Shown here: one piece after another, positions 1-11,400 of the stretch | Layout of the letters: the number at the start of each line of letters is the position of its first letter | Numbering within the stretch: position 1 is the first letter of the stretch | Source: Callorhinchus milii | Taxonomy: Eukaryota | Assembly: GCF_018977255.1 (NCBI RefSeq) | Contig: NW_024704742.1 | Span: 119,042,001 to 119,106,000 of the forward strand | Length of the DNA stretch: 64,000 nt | Direction of reading: 5' to 3' | Program-made: the position numbers and the translations under genes | Notes under the pieces: generated by a model | What the model was told of the DNA's origin: nothing | Database searches by the model: none | The model's input: only the letters and a program-made list of their open reading frames with translations

Positions 1-122
1 AGTGTCTGAGCCAAATGGAAGCCAGCTGCAGCAATCAGGGATGGGGGATAATGCACCATATCATAATCCCCCATAGTTAGTTCCATCAGGTATTTGGCAA
101 GAATATGTTGTTCAGCACTAAC
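1..122 (-). CDS. cyclin B1 paralogue exon 7 (truncated by the window edge)
   Basis: [40 protein letters not shown]. Confidence 0.92.
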
Positions 123-3100
123 CTAAAAAGATGGTTTTTCTGCATCAGTTCAGTCAACTTCAGCTGAATATGGACAATTTAGATGTGATGAAAGCATTGA
201 CAATTACAGTAGTTGGACATACTCCTGATGCGAAAGGCACTATACAAATGTAATCTTGCTGTTGTTGTAGTTACTATGTTATTCTGTAAAGCCTGAAATC
301 AAACCTTTAATGGAGACAATAAACATTAGAATGAAAAAATCCTGCAAGATCCTGGAATGATATTACGCACTAGTTTAGGCCAAGCCTTCACTGACATTAC
401 TCAATGACATTATGTCCGCTGCAACTATAGGAAATGACTTACATCTGTAACTTTGGCAGCTCTTCGCAGAAAATGCAGTGGAATTGGCCGACAAAGAGAA
501 AAGTTTAGCCTTTTCAAAATCTCCTCTCCATCTCTCGTACCTGGACACCAGTGTAAGAATTGTCAGTAACAAAGACAAAGTCCCCAATTTCTGGAGGATA
601 CATTTCTTCATATTTGGAAGCCACCAACATTGCTGTAACACCAACAAGCTGTAGTCTCTTTGCAGTTACTAGATTGTTCTGTTTGGTGATAGAGGGGTGG
701 CAGAAGAAAAAAAAGCAAGAATTCATGTTTTGCAAAGTTAGTATTTCCATTAAAATGCACAGCAGTTTTTTTAAAAAAGTAAATGGCTTAACAAGTAGGG
801 AAGATAGATTTCTGACTACATCATCCCAGAAATATCAGGTTATAATGAACTATAGATTTAGCCTTTGTAAACTCTGACAAAGGGTTGTGGACCCGAAACA
901 TTCACTCACTTTGTTTTCTCCATAGATGCTGCCTGACCTGCTGAGTGTTCCCAGCGACTTCTGTTTTTAGCCTTTGAAAATCTTCATTTTCATGGATTTG
1001 GGGGAAAGAGGTTGAAAGCCAAATACTCATAAATGGTCTTTACCTGAAGAAATTGGTCCAAAATAGATACAGTCAAGTACATGGTTTCTTGAAGTAGTTT
1101 AAATTTTATCTGAACTTGCACAAGCCAGTCAATCAGGATAGCACGCATCCCTCCAGTTATCCTTTGTCCTGCCAAGTAGTGGTGTCTCACTGCCTGTTCA
1201 GTCTGCACTCAAAAAGAACAGGGTCATCAGATGATTCACTGCCATCAATCACCTCAATATACATAATGAAAGTTCAAATATTGTTTCATAGAAGATGTTG
1301 CAAAAGGGGGGAGGGAGTTACAACAAAACTTCTCAAATGTTTGGCTGAAATTCAAAATTAATTTAAGGAAAGAAAGAATTAGATAGATTTGCAACATCAA
1401 GTCTAGCACTACACTAAGAAGGAATTGTACCATTTAAGAGCAGGGAGTTTTGGTCAATATCTTCGATATTTGCCTGCCTTAGGTAAGCAACTCAATAATT
1501 CTAGTTTTTTTTCAGATTGATCCTTGAAGTCCCCTAAACAAGTCAAGTAGGCATATTGCTCTGAGGAAAACATAACTGACCAGAAGAGACATAGCAAATT
1601 AGGAAAACAAAATCAGAAGAACTTTCAGTCAATTAAGCCCCATTTAATTTGGGAGAATTTAATCCTAATGTCCCACCCTTTCACCATACTCTTTAATACC
1701 TCTACTGTCCAAGCAAGTATGTCTTTTAAGCATCCTTATAAATTCTCTCTGCACTTCTTTGGCTAGCCTAAACATTGGCACATTGGTCACCGCACACATT
1801 GGTGCTCCAACTTAGTTGTCTATTGCCCATCATGTAGTTTACCTACAGTATAATGAAGACTGACCTCAAGTTGTCTTAAGTAACTGTAGATGTCTTTTAT
1901 ATATTCACTGCACAGAAATGGGTTGTTGCCATCATTGATATCGACATCTTCAATAGGTAGCATTGCATCTGAAAAAGCCTGACATAACACTTCAGACACG
2001 TCAACTGAAGTTTCCATTTGGGATGGCAACATTTGCTATAATGAAGTTTAGAAATAAGATACAGTATGTAAGAAAACAAGCAGATTTACAGGACTGCAAG
2101 TCATATTTCAATACATGAAAAGCTAATCACAAGCAAACAGGTTCATACTCCTTTGCTCTATACAACTGTAGATAACCATTCTCTAGGTCTCAAACACATC
2201 TTTTCTTTGTATAATCTCCCGCTATTGCCTTCTTTTGTCTTGCACCATCAACACCTCTGATCTCGTCATCTTCTGTTCTCCACCTAAATGTTTCCTTTGT
2301 CTTTCTTTCCCTGTCCCCTTCGCTGCTTGTCCTAATAATCTGTTCCCTTCCAACATCTGATGGAAGGTCATAGACCTGAAACGTTAATTCATTTTCCTCT
2401 CTCCATAGATGCTGCGTGTTCCCAGTGACCTCTAGTTTAAACAATGATTTGGTGCAATGATTTGCCATCTTGTCCTACTCAACAATCTCCCAGGTAAAAC
2501 AACCAGTTATTGGCTGTTTGTGGGACTGCAAATGGAGTCTTCACTGCAACTGTAATACAACTGAAATCAATGCTTATAACAAAGCACTGTAGTTGCGATC
2601 CTCAGATGAAGGTTTGAGAAGTCCATACTTGGGATGCTCACAGGAAAATCCTTAGGAGCACTTAAAAAAAAAACTTTTTTTTTGAATGTTCCAAACCAGC
2701 TTTTAATATTTTTTGCAATATGCCATTTGAAACATTTTGCACAAGCAAGTCTGTTGCAGAACGTCTATACAATGGCTGTTGACTATCCAGTGAATAACTT
2801 ATTATTGGACCCAGCCAGATCTTTCATGATCTTAAGTTTTACCTCTGGAATCAAAGATTAGCTTAGTGGACAGGGACAATGTTCACATCGAAAAAAATAT
2901 GAAACTTGCAGCACCTACTTCAAATCCCAAGAATAAAAAGCTTTAAGGATAGCAGTTCATCAGTGTTTCGCAGAAAATTACTTAAAGTGTGGTGACTATT
3001 TCTAGGTAAACATTTGTACCAGGAGAGCCCAACATGTGTTATGACAAAGAGCCCCCAATTTGGAGAATTAATGAGCCCAATAATGCACCATTAAGAATCT

Positions 3101-5225
3101 AGCTTATATTGTGAATCAGAAATTCATTACAAACCTCCAATTGCTCAAAAATTTAATTTAGCCACAAAATTGTTTGGCACATGTTGGAATGTCCAAACTT
3201 TATGTACAATACAAGCTGACATCACATGAAAGATACTGTTTTTTTGCATTCAAACCTGAACTTTTGGAACATCTTCATTGGAGGGTTCCTTCTGCAGTAT
3301 ACTTTCTGATTGACATTTTTTCATTGATTCCACCTTTTTAACAGCCATACGTTTTGCCTATAGAATTAAGACACATGTTATTAGTTTCTATATTCAAAGC
3401 AACCCAAACTACAATTTGGCAATTCAAGTTATTATATACAAGCACACTCTACAAACAGGTATGAAGTGAATGACAAAAACATATTTGGAGGATTAGATTA
3501 TTGGCCAGGAGTTTCAAGATATGACAGGATCTTTAAATTCCACCAGAAGAAACAAATAAGATTTAATTAAAGATTTTATCCAAAGGATGGCAACTCTTGA
3601 TAATGCAGGTCAACTCAACTGGAGCATAACTTCCAACATGGGGCTTGAAACTACCTTCTGACCCAAAGACAAGAGTGCTACTAACTGAGCCAAGCTGATG
3701 CTCCAGTATTGCACAGTCATCTTACAGTCCTTGCATTTGGTTTAATATATTATCATGTCAGAAGGGCATCTCAAAGCACCTCACAGGATTTAGTTTGAAA
3801 TGGAGCAACTGTGCAACTGAAGGCAAATGCAGTAGCGCAACTACACATGGCATCGTCCCACTGCCACAAAACAAAGCCTAGAACTAAAGCCATCTTAAAG
3901 TGTATTTGTAACTCAACACGAAAATTGAAGGTATTAGCTCTCTTCTGAATATTAAAAGCAAGTTCACCTTTTGTAAAATTCTCTTTGGAAGTGTCTTATT
4001 TCTGATGTCCATCAAAGCATTTCTAGGCACCAAGCTAGCAACTATTCCATCTTTTGTTGAATTCACATGATTTACAACAGCTTGGGTAGCCTAAGAAAAA
4101 AACATTTCCAAATATAAGCTATTGCTGACAGTATCATGCAAGAACTGACAACATATGAAATTCATTGATCTCATGCACCATTTGTTTTTAATACATCATA
4201 TTAAATATTAAAAAAATCGAGCATTTTCATGTCAACATCATTAAATTTATCAAGATATTGCACAAGTACCCCGACTGCAACTACCTGCTGAGTGAATGTA
4301 ATAAACTTTATTTCCAACAGCAGGGAGAAAGAAAGAAGTTCAACAGCAGAAGACTAGCACAAATTATACGTCAAGTTCAAGCATTTTATTTAAACACGCA
4401 AGTGTTTGGCAATTCTGTTCTGTGAGTAACACACCCTCGTTTTTCTAGGAAGATTAACAAGAACTATAGATAGTTAAATATTTTGTATACCGCTGGATGG
4501 AAGTAGTATATTCAATTGGAGACAGCTGCCAGGGACTAATAAGCCCAAAATAATGATAATACATGGCTAGAGCGAAAACACTCTCCCAGCATATTGAGGT
4601 CAACCAATTTCTGAGTAAGCATCTTGACAGCTTATTAAATCATGGCCGATTTAATGTTAATTTCTTGTTCAAGTACGCTAGTTACCATGGGCAGAATGAT
4701 TATTAAATCAGCTGCATCCACTTGCTTCAAATAGTTCTTCAGGCACTTAACAGGTGCGACAAAGCAACCCTGGAAGAGAATCGCTTATTGTAGCATTACG
4801 TAGCAAATGCCATTGATGATCAGTAACTGCACAGATAAATGTAGTTTAAAAAAAGTGTTTACTTGAATAAACATATACAGATATTGCACACGACATTTCA
4901 AGAACCTGTGTCTAGTTCCCAGAACCCAAATCCAGCTCACTTCAATTCACTTTTACTGAGACACTAAAATGAATCAGCATCCAAACCATCCAAAACCCTC
5001 ACAAGGAGACAACACAAAGCTAGTTACTACATTACTACAAGAAATATTATGAAAATCCAAAGCACCGATTTAAAAAGCTTATTAAAGCACCGGCAATCCC
5101 CCAAATCTGACCACATGTTGACTACACGCTTTCCATTGCAGATGAAAGTTAAACAACTTGCTGGAAATCTCTACAATTTTAAATGCAACTCGTTTTTATC
5201 TCACCCGTCTTGACTGGAAAGCCAT
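1..5225 (-). CDS. Tandem cyclin B1 paralogue (partial, runs off the left edge), with one 1-nt frameshift in exon 6: young pseudogene or assembly error
   Basis: Exons (minus): 5205-5225, 3968-4090, 3256-3357, 1865-2035, 1044-1202, 443-678, <1-122. Same exon layout as CCNB1, with D-box [29 protein letters not shown] and [13 protein letters not shown]. Exon 6 is 236 nt rather than 237. Confidence 0.9.
443..678 (-). CDS. cyclin B1 paralogue exon 6 (1-nt deletion near 521)
   Basis: [34 protein letters not shown]...[30 protein letters not shown]. Confidence 0.9.
872..965 (+). mobile_element. Short Penelope-like terminal fragment with hammerhead-like motif, flanked by a 15-bp TSD
   Basis: CTGACAAAGGGTTGTGGACCCGAAAC...GATGCTGCCTGACCTGCTGAGTGTTCCCAGC; flanks TTTAGCCTTTG(T/A)AAA at 857-871 and 966-980. 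Confidence 0.75.
1044..1202 (-). CDS. cyclin B1 paralogue exon 5
   Basis: [10 protein letters not shown]...[35 protein letters not shown]; 159 nt. Confidence 0.93.
1865..2035 (-). CDS. cyclin B1 paralogue exon 4
   Basis: [26 protein letters not shown]...[17 protein letters not shown]. Confidence 0.9.
2180..2430 (+). mobile_element. Older, longer copy of the same Penelope-like terminus
   Basis: Pyrimidine-rich leader, then CTGATGGAAGGTCATAGACCTGAAACGTTAA...CTCCATAGATGCTGC. Confidence 0.65.
3256..3357 (-). CDS. cyclin B1 paralogue exon 3
   Basis: [34 protein letters not shown]; open, phase 0, weak similarity to CCNB1 exon 3 (KVE..K.C...EDV). Confidence 0.65.
3968..4090 (-). CDS. cyclin B1 paralogue exon 2 (D-box)
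   Basis: ATQAVVNH...[22 protein letters not shown]; tag|...|gtgaac. Confidence 0.83.
5205..5225 (-). CDS. cyclin B1 paralogue exon 1
   Basis: MAFQSRR, 21 nt like CCNB1 exon 1, donor gtgaga, just downstream of a CDE/CHR. Confidence 0.78.
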
Positions 5226-5355
5226 ATTTTTTCTCTCTAATGTCTAAACTTAGTAGATGAAAACTCGACTGCAAACAGCTGCAACTCCTGTTCCAGCCCG
5301 TAAATCAGTGCTCAGCCTGGCTAGCGCTCTCTGATAGCAGCTGCTCCTCTCCTCC

Positions 5356-5385
5356 TTTAAATCCAGCGCCATACACTGTGATTGG
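5356..5385 (-). promoter_or_regulatory. Paralogue promoter: CDE/CHR plus CCAAT box
   Basis: Minus strand GGCGC-TGGA-TTTAAA (5356-5370) and CCAAT at 5381-5385, same geometry as the CCNB1 promoter. Confidence 0.72.
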
Positions 5386-5460
5386 AGCAGGATTTATGTG
5401 TCCTTCAACTGGAAATACCTGCTACATGTTGGCTGAGCAGGTACCAGCCCAGCCTAAAAC

Positions 5461-5740
5461 TTGCAAGACCTGGGTTTGATTCCCGGCAGGGCAATCAGTG
5501 GGCAAGTTTCCTTACTCCACGCACCTGATAATAATCCCTCAAGAAAACACAATAATAATTTGGTCACTCAATTCACCATTGTTTGTGGGACGCTGCTATG
5601 CGCAATTGGCTGCCATGTTTCGCTCACAAATATACAGTCAATTCACTTCACAGTATATTCTGTGAAGCACTTTGACACGTCTAGAAGATGTGAAAAGCGC
5701 TATATCAAATGCAAGGATTATTATTATTTATTATTATTAC
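5461..5740 (+). mobile_element. tRNA-derived Deu-SINE (5'-clipped)
   Basis: B box, Deu core and tail; followed by a piece of the long-variant internal segment (5741-5830). Confidence 0.88.
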
Positions 5741-5829
5741 CCAGCAGTAAGTAGGAACTCGGTTGTTAGTCGATTGGTAAATCGCTTTGCTGGTGGTAAT
5801 AATCCCTTGAAATAATAAAAACAATTTGG

Positions 5830-6530
5830 GTTTTGGCTGCATTGGGGGTGAGGTACTGTCTGAGGCAGGCAATATGACAGAGATGGAGGAAAGCCGTCTT
5901 GGTTAGGGACCAGATTTGGGGGAGCAAGGACAGCTGGGGGTCGATCCCGACTCCCAGGTTACGTACAGGGAAAGGCCAGGGAAGTTGACGAGGTCAGAGC
6001 TGCAGAAGAGAAGTTGATGGGAGCCAAGGAGTAGGGCCTGTATTGTCAACGTTTAGCTATAGAAAGTTTGCACTCATTCAGGCTTTGATGTCTAACAGAA
6101 TATCATCGAACCTGGAGTTGCAGTTGTTTGAGGAATAGATTTGTGTGTCACCTGTATACATGTGGAAGTTTACCTCATATCTGTGCATGATATTGGCAAG
6201 AGGGAGCATGTAAATGTGGAAAACAAGAGGGTCAAGGGTGGAGTTTTGGAGTGCTGGGACAGGATAAAAAAATATTTCCAGAGACAAAGTGATAACGAGT
6301 GGTTAAGTAGGACTTGAACCAGGAGAGAGTGGTCCCACTGAGGTGGATGAGTGAGAAGCGGTGGAGGAGGATGGCATGTTTGACTGCGTTGAATGCAGAA
6401 AGATCCAGGAGGATAAGGAGGCAGGGGGATCCGTGGTCATAGAGAGGATGTCATTAGTGACTTTGATGAGTGCTGTTGCTGTGTCACAGGTAGGGCAGAA
6501 CCAAGACTGGAGGGGCTCGAGTAGGGAGTG
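5830..6530 (-). mobile_element. Old L2 RT fragment
   Basis: Degenerate LDPLVFHIYMLPL, FHMYTGDTQIY. Confidence 0.75.
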
Positions 6531-8218
6531 GAGGGAGAGGTGTATCTATCTGGAACACTATTCATCAATCCCTCCACCTTCCTTATTCTCTTCCCTTTTT
6601 CAAGTCCCACCCAAAAAACTTCCTCTTCGATCGTGCTTACAGGCACCTCCCACACCCCGGCTCGGGGTCAGACTTCACCACTGTGAAACGCTCTGAGACA
6701 CTACCCTGCGTGGAGGATGCAAATTGTTGTATTTGCACTTCAATCCATTTACCAACTGCAGTAAAGTATGCTTGCGCAATGTAGATCATTGATTTAAGTC
6801 ATAAATGATATGAACTATGCAAGTTTGCTTGAAATTTATACTTTCATACAAGTCATACTAAATGTAATGTTCCTAACTGATACAACTTATGCAAGTTTTA
6901 CTTTACAAGAGGCTGTTAATGTCCATCTATGGTCCACCTGCTCCACTAGTTTACAAAATCTTGTCAGATTTTATAAACCCATTTGTTACCATACATCTTA
7001 ATTCCTCTACAACCCATATATTTGACTATTTTATGACCTAAATACTAAGTAAACTGTAGTTTTGAATCTGCCATTACACAAAAGAAAACATATATATTTC
7101 AAGTCACATTAAAGGTGTAAATTGGATTTGAATGAAGGAGTGAGGCTGGAGATCTCAGAATGAGTGCGAGGATCAAACATTGAGACGTATTTGACAATCT
7201 ACAAGAACCTAGAATCATGGTACTTTGAACCATGGATATCTATAACTAATTAGGAGGCTATTCAACCAATTGCATAAGTATTGGTCCTTGCTCTTCCCTT
7301 TAATCCCAATCATAGTTTCTCAACAGGTCAGAAGGTTGTGAAATTAAGACCTACGATTAGAAAGGACTTTGAGCTCATAGTTTGTGCCAACACTCAGCGT
7401 TTAGGATTTGGTGCAGGGTAGCATTGCATTGCAGTGGAAGGAGGACTCCTCCTTCCATCTTGCCTTCTTTCCATTTTTCAGGAGATTGCTGCATTATAGT
7501 GGTGTTAGACAATATTTAACACGTATACATCATTTTCAAATCCCTTTACTCCCTAGCACCTACCTACCTTTACAACCTCCTCACTCCACCACATCCCCTT
7601 GACTGTCACTGGGCTCCTGCTCGTCTCTCTCTACTCTGCAAAACTGGAACCCTCTCCCTCAATTCCTCCACCTTGGGGTTTTTCAAGTCCTGCTGGAAAT
7701 CTTTCTTTTCAACTATGCTTACAGACACCTTCCCAGGCTCTGCCACTATTAAGCTCTCTGAGACCCTACCCTGTGTGGAGGATACAATGTAAGTGCAAGT
7801 TGATGTTCATACTGTGACAAAATACATGGATTGCATTGGTGGGGCCCTAACACAATGGCAGAATGTGATGCATGATTGTTGTGAGCAATTAACAAGTTGT
7901 TTGAATAAAGTATAAGAGTACAAGAATATATGGGAAGTCACCACTACATCTTAGTATTTTTGGAAAGAAGTCAAGTCAGTGTGACTGCTCAGTACGATCC
8001 CTCAGTGGAAGTGCTATTTCTTTTGTGTAAGAATTGAGTATGTTGTGGAGACGCTTGACAGATCTGACCCAATAAATTGTTTAAAACAAAGAAGAGATCT
8101 CTCTGCTTTAAGATTTGTCAATAAGCTTCTTGCTTGAAAGACCGACTCTTCAACTCACAAAAAGTGTAGTAAATTGTGGCAATACAGTAACTGTTGGAAG
8201 GCAAGTAGAGTTAAAGAT

Positions 8219-8278
8219 TTTATTCAGTTAAAAAGCACGAGAATAATGGAAACATTATTTACAGGAGCACATGGTGCT
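8219..8278 (-). promoter_or_regulatory. CCNB1 3'UTR elements: hairpin, Pumilio element, CPE-like U-tract, poly(A) hexamer
   Basis: mRNA sense: AGCAC-CAT-GTGCT (8266-8278), TGTAAATA (8256-8263), TTTTTAA (~8228-8234), AATAAA (8219-8224). Confidence 0.75.
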
Positions 8279-8315
8279 GACAAAGAATCTCTAAAAGTTG
8301 GTCAAGACAAGCATC

Positions 8316-8426
8316 TTATTTCTGGGGAAGCAGAGATTTTGACAGGTTAAGTATCACATCGGATCTCAGCTGTGAAATTGTACTGATCTTCATTTGCTTG
8401 CTGCTGGTATATTTGTTCTTAACCGT
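8316..8426 (-). CDS. CCNB1: CCNB1 coding exon 9 (last)
   Basis: [36 protein letters not shown]. Confidence 0.94.
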   Translation of the reverse strand, partial: TVKNKYTSSKQMKISTISQLRSDVILNLSKSLLPQK

Positions 8427-11400
8427 CTGAAAGGAAAGAGCAAAATCTTGAAGTTAGTATTGATATCAAAGAATTCTGACAAACGCCAATAGTGGTTTAA
8501 CAAGAGCCTCAAAATCAGTCATATGGATCACATCCTTCAAGTTTTGTATTGAGGTAGAAACAATATTTGTCCAATGAGTGATGACAGCAGATGTACATTT
8601 TAGTCAATTCCTCTAGACAGGGTTAGGGTGAAGCTTTGCTTTCACCATCACAGGTCAGTTATCACACCTCCCCCCCACCCATGGGGTCTATTGTAGACAA
8701 CAGCATAAGAGTATTTGGTTAGACTGTCAATGTTTTGAGATAACTCTGGGGCAAATTCTTGAGACAAGTAAACAGAGCTGCAGGTAGGGCTCAAAAAAAA
8801 AAGGAATGGAGAAAAAGGGCAGCCCCTCAACCTAAGAGATCCATACAAGGGCAATGAAACATTGCAAAATACAGATGGGAAGTCATTTGATGATTGGTTG
8901 AACCTCAAGCATTGGCATGATGAATTACGTCTTCAGTGCCAGAATCTGTACTTTATTGGAAAAGTGAATATTATACAGATTATAATTTGCAGAACAGGTT
9001 CTGACCACATAAGTACAAGTATCCCACCAAGCTACTCAAATTTGTAAAAATGCAACATTTCAGATTTCTAGTATAGGATAGTGCCCTAACCTGGTTAGAA
9101 AACCATTTACTTAAGATACTTTGCCAGTCAACCTACTAACTTGTGTATTAACTTACCACATGCTTAGTGAGCCCCTGGTTGACCTTCACAATATTCTTGG
9201 CCATATGCTGCATCACTGAAACCAGTTCATCCTCTTTATATGCCATGTAATGCTGCAGCACATCATTCTGAAAGAAATCAAACTGGTCAGTGCACAACCC
9301 AGAATTTCCTACGAAATAATTTCCAGAGAACCACAGCTCAAGTTTGGCATAAACATTCTCATACTTACCCAGTCGCCACTGTTTAACACTTTCTGAGCAA
9401 GGCAGAACGCAGCAGCAGCAATCTTGGATGGAGGATAATGCACCATCTCATAGTCCACTATGGTCAGCTCCATCAGGTATTTGGCAAGGGTGTGTTGTTC
9501 AGAGCTTACCTAGGGCAAGAGGCAATATTCAGTCAGCTAATTGATTAACATTACAATATACCTCCCTTTCCACTTGGAAGGAAATGTGTCATGTTCTCCC
9601 TGGAACAGCTCCTTGAAGACTCATTTGCACAACATGGGCATGAAGTAGTTTTGCAATCAACTGATATTTTAGAATTAATACAACTTCCACATGTCAGTCC
9701 TGTAGATAAGTCTATTGCTGCCTAAAAGTTGTGGTATTTATTTGAATCCAAGGCATAGGTGCTTAAAAAAATCTCTGGTGCAACTTAGAATTGATGGTGC
9801 CTTAGGATTTAAGACAATACAATCCTTTCCCCAACTGCACACAAGGTGGGGGCACCTTAAGATAACTATGCTACCCCCTGCCTCTGCAAGCTCTTTCACT
9901 CTGAGCCAACTACTCACTCACTTTGTTCAACAAGTACTGCTCTGCTTCATCCCCCTCTGGAATTTCATCCTCAATTCTCTCCACTCTTTCAAGACAGTCT
10001 TAGAGGTATATTTTTTGGCCAAACTGTTATCTATCCCCTCCTCATAGGTGCCTGTCCACCACTGAACGGCTTAAGTCCTTCCAACATGAAGGGTGCTATG
10101 CAAATTGTAATGTACGTCAAACATCATTTCAGTGAAGCTAATTTATAGTTGAAAGAAGAAAAATACTTCAGCTATCTTTGAAGATCTTCTCAGAAAGTGC
10201 AGAGGGAGGGGCCGACCAAGAGAAAAATCAAGCTCCCGCAGAATCCTCCTCTCCATCTCGCGAATCTGAGTACTGGTGTAGGTGCTGTCAGTGACAAAGG
10301 CAAAGTCCTCAATTTCTGGCGGATACATCTCCTCATATTTGGAAGCCACCAGCATTGCAGTAACACCAACAAGTTGTAGAATCTTCTTTGTTACTACATT
10401 ATCCTGCAAAAGACAGAAGCTCATTACCGGTGAATCTTTTGCTTTGGGAGCCAGTGGGTACAATTCCAAATCATACCCCGTCTGCTGTCTACATGCAGCC
10501 AAGAGATAATGTAAATTAAGATGCAATGTAAGGTTTCGACAGGCTAGACAAGGAAAAGCTGTTTCCGCTGGTAGGTGTGTCTGTGACCCGTGGTCACAGC
10601 CTTAAGATATCTACTAAAAGAAGCAGAGGGGAGGTTAGAAGAAATTTTTTCACTCAGCGAGTTGTTCAAATTTGGAATGATCTGCCTGAAAGGGTAGTGA
10701 AGTCCGATTCGATAACAGCTTTTAAGAGAGAACTGGATAGGTATCTGGGGAAGACGGGTTTGCAGGGTTATGGGGAGAAAGCTGGTGATTGGGGTTAGTG
10801 AAAGTGACTTGCTCTGTCAAAGAGCCGGCACAGACTCGATGCGCCGAATGGCCTCCTTCTGTGCCGTAACATTCTATGAATAAGACCGCAACAGCAACTT
10901 GAGCTGGAGCGCTGTACTTTACTTGGGCCTTAATTAGGGCAACCATTAAGATCAAAATGTTTGCATTTGACTGAATACTGGGGAACAACCCCATTACAAC
11001 TCAATTGTGGATGAAGTTTCAGGAATCATAAATAGGCATGAGTGGTGGTTAACAGGTTACTACAGGGCTAATACACATGGCACGCAGAAGTGATGCTAAT
11101 GCAACTTTATAAAGATTAGGTCAGTAGCTCTTCCCACATAGAACAATAGTAAACTGATGAACTGGAAGTCAGTCACGTTTCCATGATTGGATTTGTCAGA
11201 GCTCTCAACCAACATTTGTTCAGCAAGCCAAGCCTTTGAAAAAAGGCTTCCTTTAAATAACTATTAGGAAAATGTTCCATGAATTGATTCACAAGGTGTC
11301 TTAGACACACATCTAATTAACTGAAGCCGAAATACCTTGTTTAGAAGGGGATTTAAAGTGTGCCAACTTCTAGCTGGAATCTTAAGTCACAAGTAAGGGG

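Noticed and set aside
2560..2662. Possible extra paralogue exon after a strong poly-T acceptor
   Set aside because: The phase-0 frame hits TAA at the third codon, and exons 3 and 4 already join in frame.
1..5225. Calling the second cyclin CCNB2 or a processed retrocopy
   Set aside because: It has introns at the CCNB1 positions and B1-type residues ([23 protein letters not shown]). A tree would settle it.
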